DNA of 50,212 bases from Escherichia coli (GCF_003334315.1 NZ_QOWR01000032.1), one strand, 5' to 3'; counted from the stretch's first letter, positions 21,735-33,374 are shown. Numbers and translations are program-made. The notes: a model not told the origin generated them from the sequence alone.

Positions 21735-22334
21735 CTAAACGGCAGGCGTCGCAATAATGTTTTTTACATGGGCCAGCGCGTTTTCCAGTGGCTCGAAACT
21801 GCGCGAAATTTTGGCCTGCAGATTCGCGCCAAGCCACAGTGCGTAAAGCACTTGTGCCTGTTGCAGCGGTTCGCCACAAAAGGTTAAACAATGGTTCTCA
21901 CGGCCATTTTCCAGCGCCTGAGAGAGCAGGGCGATCACGCCGCGAGCACCTTTATCCATCGCGCTGCGCATATCTTCTGACAGATCGCACACTTCGGCAG
22001 AGAGTTTTACTGTCAGGCAACCACTGATGGTTCCATGTTGGCAAAACTGGTTCAGTGTTTGCTGGTAATAAGCCAGTATGCGGTCGCGGTAGTTACCTTC
22101 GCCGGATTGCAGCAACTCAGTCAGTCGCTGGTGATATGCGGCGTAATGACGCTCAAGCATGGCAACGCCAAACGCTTCTTTAGAGCGAAAGTAGTGATAG
22201 AAGGACCCTTTCGGCACTTCAGCGGTTTTTAGTAATTCGCTTAGCCCCATCCCGGTGAATCCACGTTGCAGGCAAAGTTGCTCGCCCGTCGCCAGGAGAT
22301 GTTCGCGAGTATCATGTTCGGTGTGTTTGTTCAT
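21735..22334 (-). CDS. nemR: NemR, TetR-family electrophile-sensing repressor (199 aa)
   Basis: ORF 199 aa MNKHTEHDTREHLLATGEQLCLQRGFTGMGLSELLKTAEVPKGSFYHYF (TetR HTH). Confidence 0.92.
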   Translation of the reverse strand: MNKHTEHDTREHLLATGEQLCLQRGFTGMGLSELLKTAEVPKGSFYHYFRSKEAFGVAMLERHYAAYHQRLTELLQSGEGNYRDRILAYYQQTLNQFCQHGTISGCLTVKLSAEVCDLSEDMRSAMDKGARGVIALLSQALENGRENHCLTFCGEPLQQAQVLYALWLGANLQAKISRSFEPLENALAHVKNIIATPAV

Positions 22335-22348
22335 GCGTTGGAGTGTAG

Positions 22349-22364
22349 TAGACCAGTCGGTCTA
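22349..22364. promoter_or_regulatory. Palindromic NemR-box-like operator in the nemR/ydhL divergent promoter region
   Basis: TAGACCAGTCGGTCTA, a perfect 6-bp-arm inverted repeat (TAGACC/GGTCTA) 15 bp upstream of the nemR start codon. Confidence 0.55.
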
Positions 22365-22436
22365 GTGCAAGCAAAGTTGCTACTTTGGACATTAACAGCT
22401 TCAATAATGGTAATAATCTTATCTGAGGAGGGCGAA

Positions 22437-22676
22437 GTGGCGGAGCAATTAGAGTTCTTTCCCGTCCAGAGCCCGTGCCGGGGAATTTGCCAGTCTGACG
22501 AACGCGGGTTTTGTCGCGGCTGTTTTCGTAGTCGTGATGAGCGTTTTAACTGGAATAAAATGAGCGATGGCGAAAAACAAGAGGTGCTGCGCCTTTGTCG
22601 GCAGCGATTAATGCGCAAATTACGCGCAAATAAGCCAGCGTCATCAGACGAACCGGAGCAACCATCACTCTTTTGA
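22437..22676 (+). CDS. ydhL: YdhL (DUF1289, Cys-rich, 79 aa)
   Basis: Chosen GTG start gives (M)AEQLEFFPVQSPCRGICQSDERGFCRGCFRSRDERFNWNKMSDGEKQEVLRL...; the longer ORF-track version (136 aa from 22266) would overlap nemR and is rejected. Confidence 0.75.
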   Translation: MAEQLEFFPVQSPCRGICQSDERGFCRGCFRSRDERFNWNKMSDGEKQEVLRLCRQRLMRKLRANKPASSDEPEQPSLF

Positions 22677-22724
22677 ACCTAATCTTGCGTATACTCCTCT
22701 CATATCTGATAAGAGGAAGCGATT

Positions 22725-23621
22725 ATGGTTCAGCGTATTACTATTGCGCCGCAAGGCCCGGAGTTTTCCCGTTTTGTGATGGGCTACTGGCGATTGATGG
22801 ACTGGAATATGTCCGCCCGCCAGCTGGTCAGTTTTATTGAAGAGCATCTGGATCTCGGCGTGACCACCGTGGACCATGCTGATATTTATGGTGGCTATCA
22901 GTGCGAAGCGGCGTTTGGCGAGGCACTGAAACTGGCACCTCACCTGCGTGAACGGATGGAAATCGTCAGTAAATGCGGTATCGCGACGACCGCGCGTGAA
23001 GAAAACGTCATTGGTCATTACATCACTGACCGCGATCACATCATTAAGAGCGCCGAACAGTCGCTAATTAATCTCGCGACCGATCATCTGGATTTGCTGT
23101 TAATCCACCGACCAGACCCGTTAATGGATGCCGATGAAGTGGCGGACGCGTTCAAACATCTGCATCAGAGCGGCAAAGTGCGTCATTTTGGCGTATCGAA
23201 CTTTACGCCTGCGCAATTTGCCCTGTTGCAATCACGTCTGCCGTTTACCCTTGCCACTAATCAGGTGGAAATATCCCCGGTGCATCAGCCGTTACTGCTG
23301 GATGGCACGCTCGACCAACTACAACAACTGCGTGTTCGTCCGATGGCGTGGTCCTGCCTTGGTGGTGGTCGTCTGTTTAATGATGATTATTTCCAGCCGC
23401 TGCGTGATGAACTGGCTGTGGTGGCAGAGGAGTTAAACGCGGGCTCGATTGAACAGGTGGTTTACGCCTGGGTATTACGTTTACCATCGCAGCCGCTGCC
23501 AATTATCGGTTCAGGTAAAATTGAGCGCGTACGGGCAGCTGTCGAAGCAGAAACACTGAAAATGACCCGTCAACAATGGTTTCGTATCCGTAAAGCGGCA
23601 CTGGGGTACGACGTACCGTAA
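22725..23621 (+). CDS. ydhF: YdhF aldo-keto-reductase-family oxidoreductase (298 aa)
   Basis: ORF 298 aa MVQRITIAPQGPEFSRFVMGYWRLMDW...; AKR-like (DHADIYGGYQCE...). Confidence 0.88.
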   Translation: MVQRITIAPQGPEFSRFVMGYWRLMDWNMSARQLVSFIEEHLDLGVTTVDHADIYGGYQCEAAFGEALKLAPHLRERMEIVSKCGIATTAREENVIGHYITDRDHIIKSAEQSLINLATDHLDLLLIHRPDPLMDADEVADAFKHLHQSGKVRHFGVSNFTPAQFALLQSRLPFTLATNQVEISPVHQPLLLDGTLDQLQQLRVRPMAWSCLGGGRLFNDDYFQPLRDELAVVAEELNAGSIEQVVYAWVLRLPSQPLPIIGSGKIERVRAAVEAETLKMTRQQWFRIRKAALGYDVP

Positions 23622-23701
23622 GCACTTTTAGGAATAGCCGCCGTTCAAAAATGTGTCACTGGTTTACACTTATTCAGGAATGCACAATGAACGGAGGTCC
23701 T

Positions 23702-24223
23702 ATGAAACGTTTTAGTCTGGCTATTCTGGCGCTGGTTGTTGCAACCGGCGCACAAGCTGCCAGTGAAAAAGTCGAGATGAACCTCGTCACGTCGCAAGGG
23801 GTAGGGCAGTCAATTGGTAGCGTCACCATTACTGAAACCGATAAAGGTCTGGAGTTTTCGCCCGATCTGAAAGCATTACCCCCCAGTGAACATGGCTTCC
23901 ATATTCATGCCAAAGGAAGCTGCCAGCCAGCCACCAAAGATGGCAAAGCCAGCGCCGCGGAATCCGCAGGCGGGCATCTTGATCCACAAAATACCGGTAA
24001 ACATGAAGGGCCAGAAGGTGCCGGGCATTTAGGCGATCTGCCTGCACTGGTCGTCAATAATGACGGCAAAGCTACCGATGCCGTCATCGCGCCTCGTCTG
24101 AAATCACTGGATGAAATCAAAGACAAAGCGCTGATGGTCCACGTTGGCGGCGATAATATGTCCGATCAACCTAAACCGCTGGGCGGTGGCGGTGAACGCT
24201 ATGCCTGTGGTGTAATTAAGTAA
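23702..24223 (+). CDS. sodC: Periplasmic Cu/Zn superoxide dismutase (173 aa)
   Basis: Start chosen at MKRFSLAILALVVATGAQAASEK (signal peptide) within ORF 23651..24223; Cu/Zn-SOD motifs (GFHIHAKGSC, HVGGDNMSDQPKPLGGGGERYACGVI). Confidence 0.9.
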   Translation: MKRFSLAILALVVATGAQAASEKVEMNLVTSQGVGQSIGSVTITETDKGLEFSPDLKALPPSEHGFHIHAKGSCQPATKDGKASAAESAGGHLDPQNTGKHEGPEGAGHLGDLPALVVNNDGKATDAVIAPRLKSLDEIKDKALMVHVGGDNMSDQPKPLGGGGERYACGVIK

Positions 24224-26236
24224 TTAAGAGGCCAGCGTACCTTGCGGTGGTGCTTGCTCAAGTTGCGAAAGCGAGCAGTACAGCCGCCAGACAATTGCCG
24301 CCAGCTCACGGGCGGCAGGTTGATGATGACGGGCAAGGCTGTCGCAAATCCGCTGTAATTCTTCAAGTGTGGCCGCCAGTGATTTTTGCTGAACGCCACG
24401 CTCACTCATCACTCCCCGCAACAGTGAAATACAGTTATCCCGTACTCGCGATAACGGATCGGAACGCGATTCCCAGTCGCGCAATTGCCAGACAACATGA
24501 GAACAGTTCAGCAGCACTACACCCCAGCGTAATAACCAACGGCGAGCCAGCGCATCCTGGCTGTTACTCAACTGACTGACGTGATGATAAGTGAGCGATT
24601 CAAATTCGCTTTCACTCAGTGTTGGATGGCGGCTTAGCTGATCGACAAAATCCCGGCGCAGCGCGCGAATATGGCGGCGGCTTTTACGAGCATCCGATCC
24701 TGGACGCAGAATGGCGAACGCTAACCACGCCAACGCGACGCCAACGATTTTTGCCAGATTATCGTTAAGAAAATCAGCAAAATCATACACCGGGGGATTA
24801 GTGACAGCGATAAAAGAACCCATAAAAACAATCAGTTGCCCCCACAATGCGGCAAATTTTGGCATCTGCAATTTAAGAAGCTGCATTGTCGCCAGCAGTG
24901 GAAAGAGAAACAGTAAAAATTGCCACAGATCGCTAATCTGGACCATCAGACCAAATTTGACCACAAAGCTGAATAGCGAAAGTAACACCAGCGTGCGCAT
25001 CAGAAGTGACAACGACTTAAACGGTGCTGCGACGGCGGAGTAGAGTACGCAGCTAATTGCTGCCAGCGTTAATGCATTGGCACCGGCATCCCATTGCGAA
25101 GCAATACTCCATGCGCCAATCATCATCAACGTACAAAATGTACGCAGCCCGCTCCACATAGCTTCGGCGTTATCGGTTTGACGAGCCAGGCCGGATGTCC
25201 GTGGGAGTCTGGTATGATCATCTACACCGCTTTGCAGACGATGTAATTCCTGACTACTTTGCAGATAAAGGCGGCAAAAATAACGTAGTCGCTGCCAGAA
25301 GGCGACGTGCCGATAGTCGGCGACGTTGGTCGGGCGTAGCGGGGCGATAATACGTGCGACGGTGTAAACATCTGTTTGCGAACTGGCGAGCGCCGTCAGC
25401 AACTGTTCGAGAATTTCTCGTGTGGCACCTGGCGGTGAGGGCCAGTTGAGCAACATACGTCGCAGGCTGGAGATGACACTGGTCATACGTAATTGCTGGT
25501 GGAGCAGCGCATTAAGGCGCGCGTTTTGCTGGCGAAAACGATAGTGGCTCCAGAAAGCCTGGATACGCAGCAAATTCATGGTCAGTATCTGCCCAATCAC
25601 CCCTTCATGTGCTGCACGAATGGCATCGGTTGTTTCAGGCTGCCAGAGTAAACTGGCATGTTCCAGTAATCGGGCGTGCATGTTTTTCAATGCGGTTAAA
25701 AGGGCAGTAGCATCGGAACTGCTCGGCAGGATCATCATCATCATGCCGCCGCACAAAATACCGACTATTACCTCGCAAACGCGCGCCTGAGCGATATCCC
25801 ACAGCTGGCTGGCCTCAGTAATATTAACCATCGGAAAGGCGATGATGGCAGCCGTGTAGCCCGCCAGTTGAAATGCATACGCGACGTTATTCGTGAAGTG
25901 CGCACAGGCCCAGGTACAAAAGCCAAGCCACGCCGACATGCTCAATAGAAAAAACCACGGCTCATTGAGCGTATGCCCGGCAAGAAGCAGTGCCGCAATG
26001 GCTCCGAGCAAACTGCCAGCGATGCGTCCGAGGCTTTTGCTGATAACACCGCCAACGGTGGGAAAGCTAACCACTGCAGCCGAGGTCATCGCCCAATAGG
26101 GTTCATCCAGATTTAAATAATAGGCAACCGTCAGCGCCAGACACATGGCAATGGTATTGCGTAACGCATAACGCCATTGCGCCAGCGTGGCCCTGAACCA
26201 GGGCAAATTGCGCAAGGACCATGACGATGCGTTCAT
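24224..26236 (-). CDS. ydhK: YdhK, AaeB/fusaric-acid-resistance-family inner-membrane efflux protein (670 aa)
   Basis: ORF 670 aa; two hydrophobic multi-TM blocks separated by a soluble region; start overlaps ydhJ stop at 26236. Confidence 0.85.
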   Translation of the reverse strand: MNASSWSLRNLPWFRATLAQWRYALRNTIAMCLALTVAYYLNLDEPYWAMTSAAVVSFPTVGGVISKSLGRIAGSLLGAIAALLLAGHTLNEPWFFLLSMSAWLGFCTWACAHFTNNVAYAFQLAGYTAAIIAFPMVNITEASQLWDIAQARVCEVIVGILCGGMMMMILPSSSDATALLTALKNMHARLLEHASLLWQPETTDAIRAAHEGVIGQILTMNLLRIQAFWSHYRFRQQNARLNALLHQQLRMTSVISSLRRMLLNWPSPPGATREILEQLLTALASSQTDVYTVARIIAPLRPTNVADYRHVAFWQRLRYFCRLYLQSSQELHRLQSGVDDHTRLPRTSGLARQTDNAEAMWSGLRTFCTLMMIGAWSIASQWDAGANALTLAAISCVLYSAVAAPFKSLSLLMRTLVLLSLFSFVVKFGLMVQISDLWQFLLFLFPLLATMQLLKLQMPKFAALWGQLIVFMGSFIAVTNPPVYDFADFLNDNLAKIVGVALAWLAFAILRPGSDARKSRRHIRALRRDFVDQLSRHPTLSESEFESLTYHHVSQLSNSQDALARRWLLRWGVVLLNCSHVVWQLRDWESRSDPLSRVRDNCISLLRGVMSERGVQQKSLAATLEELQRICDSLARHHQPAARELAAIVWRLYCSLSQLEQAPPQGTLAS

Positions 26237-27093
26237 TATTGACCTACGGCAATGCTACAGGTGGTGCCCGACACCAACGTGACATCGCCTGGGACTTTAT
26301 CCAGCGCAAAGCGGACGGGAACGCGTTGGGCGAGTCGAACCCAGGGGACGTTAGGTTTAACATCCGGAATAAGGCTTGAGTCACTTTCAACGCTCTGATC
26401 ATAAATCGCCCGACCGATACTGGAAACGTGACCCTGTAACGTTTTGTTATCACTATAGAGGGTAATTTGTGCTGGTGCACCTTCGCGGATATGGCGCAAC
26501 TTGGTTTCTTCAAAATAACCAATGACGTAAAACGAGTGGCTGTCGACAAGGGCAAACAGCGGTTTCCCGGTATCAGCGTAATCGCCGATGCGGGTAGTAA
26601 GGTTAGTCACCCATCCACTCACCGGGGCGCGAATTTCCGTTTGCGCCAGTTGCCATTGTGCCTGTTTCAGCGTCGCCTGTGCGGCATCAACACTGGCCTG
26701 CATCGCTTTAACATTGAGGTTAGCGGTATCGAGTTCTTCGGCAGAAATAAAATTTTGTGAGAGATGACGACGACGATTCGCTTCGTTATTGGCTTTTGCG
26801 AGGTCAGATTGCGCTTTCGCCAGCTGAGCCTGTGCGTTCAGCTCGGCGATCTGAAAGGGCGTTTTATCGATCGTGAGCAGAAGATCCCCCGCGTTAACCA
26901 GCTGGTTGTCTTTTATATTCAGCTCAACAATACGTCCCGACACCTGTGGGGTGATAGAAACCTGTTCTGCGCGTATTTTCCCGTCGCGTGTCCACGGAGA
27001 TTGCATGTAATAATTCCACAGCCACCATCCGGCAAGAACCGCAACTACCGCTACAATGATTGTTGAGAAATACTTAATTGTTTTAATTGACAT
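26236..27093 (-). CDS. ydhJ: YdhJ, HlyD/AaeA-family membrane-fusion protein (285 aa)
   Basis: Start chosen at [24 protein letters not shown] (ATG at 27091..27093, immediately after the ydhI stop); coiled-coil middle region typical of periplasmic adaptor proteins. Confidence 0.85.
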   Translation of the reverse strand: MSIKTIKYFSTIIVAVVAVLAGWWLWNYYMQSPWTRDGKIRAEQVSITPQVSGRIVELNIKDNQLVNAGDLLLTIDKTPFQIAELNAQAQLAKAQSDLAKANNEANRRRHLSQNFISAEELDTANLNVKAMQASVDAAQATLKQAQWQLAQTEIRAPVSGWVTNLTTRIGDYADTGKPLFALVDSHSFYVIGYFEETKLRHIREGAPAQITLYSDNKTLQGHVSSIGRAIYDQSVESDSSLIPDVKPNVPWVRLAQRVPVRFALDKVPGDVTLVSGTTCSIAVGQ

Positions 27094-27095
27094 AG

Positions 27096-27332
27096 TTACC
27101 ACGCAATCAGTATTGCCAGAGCAAGGCAAACGCAAATCGCAAACAGCGATAAATCCATTAACAAGGGATGCCAGATGTCACCGGCGTAGATCCAGCCACG
27201 AAGCAGGCGGTGTACGACAAGCCAGATGACGAATCCAAACGCGAATGCTTTGAAAAACGGAGGAAAGTAGACGGACGCACCGAACACCAGATCTTGTAAG
27301 GGCAATCCTGTTGCATTGAGCATAAACTTCAC
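27096..27332 (-). CDS. ydhI: YdhI (DUF1656 small membrane protein, AaeX-like), 78 aa
   Basis: ORF 78 aa [40 protein letters not shown]...; first gene of the ydhIJK operon. Confidence 0.85.
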
Positions 27333-27504
27333 AAAGTAGATTCCTTTACGACCGAATATATTGCGTTAGATTAATAAATATTCTTTAAGTGCGAAAAATT
27401 TACGCGCAATTTCTGAAAAATATGTCTGACGGTAACCAAATGCAGCAATACATTTGTTTTAGCAATACAATTGCTGCACACTATTCTAAAAGCCGCATAA
27501 TATC

Positions 27505-27516
27505 TTAGCAAGCTAA
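27505..27516. promoter_or_regulatory. SlyA recognition palindrome in the slyA / ydhIJK divergent intergenic region
   Basis: TTAGCAAGCTAA, a perfect palindrome matching the reported SlyA consensus, about 15 bp upstream of the slyA start. Confidence 0.6.
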
Positions 27517-27526
27517 TTATAAGGAG

Positions 27527-27967
27527 ATGAAATTGGAATCGCCACTAGGTTCTGATCTGGCACGGTTGGTGCGCATATGGCGTGCTCTGATAGACCATCG
27601 CCTGAAACCGCTGGAGTTAACACAAACCCATTGGGTTACGTTACACAATATCCATCAGTTACCTCCAGACCAGTCGCAAATTCAACTGGCAAAAGCGATT
27701 GGCATCGAGCAGCCATCACTGGTCCGTACTCTGGACCAACTGGAAGAAAAAGGGTTAATTTCGCGTCAAACTTGTGCCAGCGATCGTCGGGCTAAACGTA
27801 TTAAACTGACGGAAAAGGCAGAGCCGCTGATCAGCGAAATGGAAGCTGTTATTAACAAAACCCGCGCGGAAATATTACATGGCATCTCCGCAGAGGAACT
27901 GGAGCAACTGATTACGCTCATCGCAAAACTTGAGCATAATATCATTGAGTTACAGGCCAAAGGGTGA
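27527..27967 (+). CDS. slyA: SlyA, MarR-family transcriptional regulator
   Basis: [45 protein letters not shown]...; the annotated K-12 start may be the TTG two codons later (27533), giving 144 aa. Confidence 0.92.
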
Positions 27968-28013
27968 AATGAAGGGGGCGTGTGGTCAGTAACCTGACCA
28001 CACGCAAACTTAT

Positions 28014-28481
28014 TTAGCGCGGAGAAACGGTCACCTGACTGCCATTGCTGGCCAGTACGACACGTTGGCCCGGAGAGAAACGAGTGTTGCCTTGTTTCTG
28101 TACCACCATGATGGTATTACCATCGTCTTTACGAATTTCCAGCTCGACACCCTGCGTTTTGTTCATTGCACTCTGTACGCCCTGACCAGCTACGCCACCT
28201 GCAACAGCGCCTGCTGCAGTAGCCAGAGAACGCCCGGTTCCGCCACCAACAGTATTCCCCAGGAAACCACCAAGAACAGCACCGCCAATTGCACCGATAA
28301 CGTTGGAATCATCACCGCCCTGAATCTGTACCGGACGTACGTTAACGATGGTGCCATAGCTGACATTCTGTACTTGTTTCGCTTCAGAAGCGGTATAAAC
28401 ATCCCCTGACAGGGTGTCGTTATTAACACAACCGACAAGAGACAGACCTACCATTGAAACAACCAATACGCGTTTAATCAT
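28014..28481 (-). CDS. slyB: SlyB outer-membrane lipoprotein (155 aa)
   Basis: ORF 155 aa MIKRVLVVSMVGLSLVGC (lipobox) followed by a Gly-rich region. Confidence 0.92.
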   Translation of the reverse strand: MIKRVLVVSMVGLSLVGCVNNDTLSGDVYTASEAKQVQNVSYGTIVNVRPVQIQGGDDSNVIGAIGGAVLGGFLGNTVGGGTGRSLATAAGAVAGGVAGQGVQSAMNKTQGVELEIRKDDGNTIMVVQKQGNTRFSPGQRVVLASNGSQVTVSPR

Positions 28482-28754
28482 TGAAAAATCTCCTGTTCAC
28501 CATGAAACGCCACGCAAGCATCCCTCATGGTCAAAGTATATGGCATATGTGAATCCATGGTTACATGTTCTACCAAATATGAGCAAATCATAATGAAAGT
28601 AGGATCAACCAATTATAAACAAAACATTCATGATGATTATTGATTTGAAGATAATGTTTTACTACCAACGGTAAAAATCGGTCATTCCGCATGGTATTCA
28701 CGAAAAGTTTATGTTTGAGTGGTGCGCAAACGTCAGATTGAAAAAGGATGAACT

Positions 28755-29864
28755 ATGAAATCGGGCCGCTTTATTGGCGTTATGTCAGGCACCAGCCTTG
28801 ATGGTGTTGATGTTGTGTTGGCGACAATTGATGAACACCGGGTCGCACAGCTGGCAAGTTTGAGTTGGCCGATCCCGGTATCTCTGAAACAGGCTGTACT
28901 GGATATTTGCCAGGGCCAGCAGCTTACACTTTCGCAGTTTGGACAGCTTGATACTCAACTCGGGCGACTTTTTGCTGATGCGGTCAATGCCTTGCTTAAG
29001 GAACAAAATCTGCAGGCAAGAGATATAGTTGCGATCGGTTGTCACGGTCAAACCGTCTGGCATGAACCGACGGGCGTGGCACCACACACTTTACAGATTG
29101 GCGATAACAATCAAATTGTGGCACGCACCGGAATTACGGTTGTCGGTGATTTTCGCCGTCGCGATATTGCCTTGGGAGGACAAGGCGCACCGCTGGTACC
29201 TGCGTTCCATCATGCGCTGCTGGCTCACCCAACCGAGCGACGAATGGTGCTCAATATTGGCGGCATCGCCAATCTGTCACTGCTCATTCCTGGGCAGCCG
29301 GTTGGGGGCTACGATACCGGTCCTGGTAACATGCTGATGGATGCCTGGATCTGGCGTCAGGCCGGTAAACCTTACGATAAAGATGCCGAGTGGGCACGGG
29401 CGGGTAAAGTTATTCTCCCACTGCTGCAAAATATGCTCAGCGACCCGTATTTCTCGCAACCTGCACCGAAAAGCACCGGACGCGAATACTTTAACTATGG
29501 TTGGCTGGAGCGCCATTTGCGCCATTTTCCGGGTGTTGATCCCCGAGATGTGCAGGCGACACTGGCAGAACTCACCGCCGTGACCATTTCTGAACAAGTT
29601 TTGTTGAGCGGTGGCTGCGAACGATTGATGGTATGTGGTGGAGGTAGTCGTAATCCGCTACTCATGGCGCGTCTGGCGGCATTACTGCCAGGCACAGAAG
29701 TCACCACCACCGATGCCGTTGGCATTAGTGGCGATGACATGGAAGCATTGGCTTTCGCCTGGCTTGCCTGGCGGACGCTGGCGGGATTACCAGGAAATCT
29801 GCCTTCCGTCACTGGCGCAAGCCAGGAGACGGTACTGGGGGCTATTTTCCCCGCTAACCCGTGA
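28755..29864 (+). CDS. anmK: Anhydro-N-acetylmuramic acid kinase (369 aa)
   Basis: ORF 369 aa [27 protein letters not shown]... Confidence 0.92.
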
Positions 29865-29961
29865 TATCAGAGTTAACTGAATTTTTCTTACCGCGTCTGC
29901 CGTTACACTTGGAACGTTAGGGAGGGCGTATTGCCCTCCAGACCAGGAAAGTCTTCGGGAT

Positions 29962-30291
29962 ATGACTATGAAAAAACTGTTAATTATCATTTTGCCGGTC
30001 CTTCTCTCCGGCTGTAGCGCCTTTAATCAGCTGGTTGAGCGCATGCAAACCGATACGCTGGAATACCAGTGTGATGAAAAACCGTTGACGGTCAAACTGA
30101 ATAATCCGCGCCAGGAGGTCAGTTTTGTTTACGATAATCAACTACTGCATCTCAAACAGGGCATTTCAGCCTCTGGCGCGCGTTACACTGACGGAATCTA
30201 TGTTTTCTGGTCGAAAGGCGATGAAGCGACTGTCTATAAACGCGACCGCATCGTCTTGAATAACTGTCAGTTACAAAATCCACAGCGTTGA
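29962..30291 (+). CDS. mliC: MliC, membrane-bound lysozyme inhibitor of C-type lysozyme (109 aa)
   Basis: ORF 109 aa [21 protein letters not shown] (lipoprotein signal)... Confidence 0.9.
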   Translation: MTMKKLLIIILPVLLSGCSAFNQLVERMQTDTLEYQCDEKPLTVKLNNPRQEVSFVYDNQLLHLKQGISASGARYTDGIYVFWSKGDEATVYKRDRIVLNNCQLQNPQR

Positions 30292-30349
30292 GATTTTTCC
30301 AGGGGCGGCGCACAATAGCGTCACCCACTGACAATCCGTAAAGAAAACC

Positions 30350-31006
30350 ATGTCTGATAACGACGAATTGCAGCAAATCGCGCATCTGCGCCGTGAATAC
30401 ACCAAAGGCGGGTTACGCCGCCGCGATCTTCCCGCCGATCCATTAACCCTTTTTGAACGTTGGCTCTCTCAGGCTTGTGAAGCCAAACTGGCGGACCCTA
30501 CCGCGATGGTGGTCGCTACCGTGGATGAACATGGTCAGCCTTATCAGCGCATCGTTTTACTCAAACATTACGACGAAAAAGGCATGGTGTTTTACACCAA
30601 CCTCGGCAGCCGTAAAGCACATCAAATCGAAAATAATCCGCGCGTTAGCCTGCTGTTCCCGTGGCATACCCTTGAGCGCCAGGTGATGGTGATCGGTAAA
30701 GCAGAACGACTTTCGACTCTCGAAGTGATGAAATATTTTCATAGCCGCCCGCGTGATAGCCAGATTGGTGCATGGGTTTCGAAGCAGTCCAGTCGCATTT
30801 CTGCCCGCGGTATCCTTGAAAGTAAATTCCTGGAGCTGAAGCAGAAGTTTCAACAGGGCGAAGTGCCATTGCCGAGCTTTTGGGGCGGTTTTCGCGTCAG
30901 CCTTGAACAGATTGAGTTCTGGCAGGGTGGTGAGCATCGCCTGCATGACCGCTTTTTGTACCAGCGTGAAAATGATGCGTGGAAGATTGATCGTCTTGCA
31001 CCCTGA
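30350..31006 (+). CDS. pdxH: Pyridoxine/pyridoxamine 5'-phosphate oxidase (218 aa)
   Basis: ORF 218 aa [39 protein letters not shown]... Confidence 0.93.
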
Positions 31007-31134
31007 AAAGATGCAAAAATCTTGCTTTAATCGCTGGTACTCCTGATTCTGGCACTTTATTCTATGTCTCTTTCGCATCTGGCGAAAAGTCGTGTACCGG
31101 CAAAGGTGCAGTCGTTATATACATGGAGATTTTG

Positions 31135-32409
31135 ATGGCAAGCAGTAACTTGATTAAACAATTGCAAGAGCGGGGGCTGGTAGCCCAGGTGACGGACGAG
31201 GAAGCGTTAGCAGAGCGACTGGCGCAAGGCCCGATCGCGCTCTATTGCGGCTTCGATCCTACCGCTGACAGCTTGCATTTGGGGCATCTTGTTCCATTGT
31301 TATGCCTGAAACGCTTCCAGCAGGCGGGCCACAAGCCGGTTGCGCTGGTAGGCGGCGCGACGGGTCTGATTGGCGACCCGAGCTTCAAAGCTGCCGAGCG
31401 TAAGCTGAACACCGAAGAAACTGTTCAGGAGTGGGTGGACAAAATCCGTAAGCAGGTTGCCCCGTTCCTCGATTTCGACTGTGGAGAAAACTCTGCTATC
31501 GCGGCGAACAACTATGACTGGTTCGGCAATATGAATGTGCTGACCTTCCTGCGCGATATTGGCAAACACTTCTCCGTTAACCAGATGATCAACAAAGAAG
31601 CGGTTAAGCAGCGTCTCAACCGTGAAGATCAGGGGATTTCGTTCACTGAGTTTTCCTACAACCTGTTGCAGGGTTATGACTTCGCCTGTCTGAACAAACA
31701 GTACGGTGTGGTGCTGCAAATTGGTGGTTCTGACCAGTGGGGTAACATCACTTCTGGTATCGACCTGACCCGTCGTCTGCATCAGAATCAGGTGTTTGGC
31801 CTGACCGTTCCGCTGATCACTAAAGCAGATGGCACCAAATTTGGTAAAACTGAAGGCGGCGCAGTCTGGTTGGATCCGAAGAAAACCAGCCCGTACAAAT
31901 TCTACCAGTTCTGGATCAACACTGCGGATGCCGACGTTTACCGCTTCCTGAAGTTCTTCACCTTTATGAGCATTGAAGAGATCAACGCCCTGGAAGAAGA
32001 AGATAAAAACAGCGGTAAAGCACCGCGCGCCCAGTATGTACTGGCGGAGCAGGTGACTCGTCTGGTTCACGGTGAAGAAGGTTTACAGGCGGCAAAACGT
32101 ATTACCGAATGCCTGTTCAGCGGTTCTTTGAGTGCGCTGAGTGAAGCGGACTTCGAACAGCTGGCGCAGGACGGCGTACCGATGGTTGAGATGGAAAAGG
32201 GCGCAGACCTGATGCAGGCACTGGTCGATTCTGAACTGCAACCTTCCCGTGGTCAGGCACGTAAAACTATCGCCTCCAATGCCATCACCATTAACGGTGA
32301 AAAACAGTCCGATCCTGAATACTTCTTTAAAGAAGAAGATCGTCTGTTTGGTCGTTTTACCTTACTGCGTCGCGGTAAAAAGAATTACTGTCTGATTTGC
32401 TGGAAATAA
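31135..32409 (+). CDS. tyrS: Tyrosyl-tRNA synthetase (424 aa)
   Basis: Start chosen at [23 protein letters not shown]; contains HLGH and KFGKT class-I aaRS motifs. Confidence 0.93.
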
Positions 32410-32424
32410 TGCATTAAGTGGAAA

Positions 32425-32457
32425 GGGGGAGTGAGAAATCACTCCCCCTGGTTTTTA
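32425..32457 (+). terminator. Rho-independent terminator-like hairpin between tyrS and pdxY
   Basis: GGGGGAGTGA-GAAA-TCACTCCCCC perfect 10-bp stem followed by TGGTTTTTA, 15 bp after the tyrS stop and about 10 bp before the pdxY start. Confidence 0.55.
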
Positions 32458-32467
32458 TACAGGGAAC

Positions 32468-33331
32468 ATGATGAAAAATATTCTCGCTATCCAGTCTCAC
32501 GTTGTTTATGGTCATGCGGGTAACAGTGCGGCAGAGTTTCCGATGCGCCGCCTGGGCGCGAACGTCTGGCCGCTGAACACCGTTCAATTTTCTAATCACA
32601 CCCAATACGGCAAATGGACTGGCTGCGTGATGCCGCCCAGCCATTTAACCGAAATTGTGCAAGGCATTGCCGCCATTGATAAATTACACACCTGTGATGC
32701 CGTATTAAGTGGCTATCTGGGATCGGCGGAGCAGGGTGAACATATCCTCGGTATCGTCCGTCAGGTGAAAGCCGCGAATCCGCAGGCGAAATATTTTTGC
32801 GATCCGGTAATGGGTCATCCGGAAAAAGGCTGTATCGTTGCACCGGGTGTCGCAGAGTTTCATGTGCGGCACGGTTTGCCTGCCAGCGATATCATTGCGC
32901 CAAATCTGGTTGAGCTGGAAATACTCTGTGAGCATGCGGTAAATAACGTCGAAGAAGCGGTTCTGGCAGCGCGCGAACTCATTGCGCAAGGGCCACAAAT
33001 TGTGTTGGTTAAACACCTGGCGCGAGCTGGCTACAGCCGTGACCGTTTTGAAATGCTGCTGGTCACCGCCGATGAAGCCTGGCATATCAGCCGTCCGCTG
33101 GTGGATTTTGGTATGCGCCAGCCGGTAGGTGTTGGTGATGTGACGAGCGGTTTACTGCTGGTGAAACTGCTTCAGGGGGCAACGCTGCAGGAGGCGCTGG
33201 AACATGTGACCGCTGCAGTCTACGAAATCATGGTGACCACCAAAGCAATGCAGGAATATGAGCTGCAAGTGGTGGCTGCTCAGGATCGTATTGCCAAACC
33301 AGAACATTACTTCAGCGCAACAAAGCTCTGA
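32468..33331 (+). CDS. pdxY: Pyridoxal kinase PdxY (287 aa)
   Basis: ORF 287 aa [34 protein letters not shown]... Confidence 0.92.
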   Translation: MMKNILAIQSHVVYGHAGNSAAEFPMRRLGANVWPLNTVQFSNHTQYGKWTGCVMPPSHLTEIVQGIAAIDKLHTCDAVLSGYLGSAEQGEHILGIVRQVKAANPQAKYFCDPVMGHPEKGCIVAPGVAEFHVRHGLPASDIIAPNLVELEILCEHAVNNVEEAVLAARELIAQGPQIVLVKHLARAGYSRDRFEMLLVTADEAWHISRPLVDFGMRQPVGVGDVTSGLLLVKLLQGATLQEALEHVTAAVYEIMVTTKAMQEYELQVVAAQDRIAKPEHYFSATKL

Positions 33332-33343
33332 AATATCTCATTT

Positions 33344-33368
33344 CGGCCCACAACGACCTGTGGGCCGA
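33344..33368. terminator. Hairpin between convergent pdxY and gstA
   Basis: CGGCCCACA-ACGACC-TGTGGGCCG 9-bp stem; flanking T/A runs are weak. Confidence 0.35.
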
Positions 33369-33374
33369 TGGCTA

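Noticed and set aside
22266-22676. 136-aa version of the ydhL ORF
   Set aside because: The upstream 57 codons overlap the 5' end of nemR and the NemR operator; the internal GTG start giving the 79-aa DUF1289 protein fits the known gene.
31300-32070. 256-aa minus-strand ORF inside tyrS
   Set aside because: Antisense to tyrS, which carries unmistakable class-I aminoacyl-tRNA synthetase motifs.
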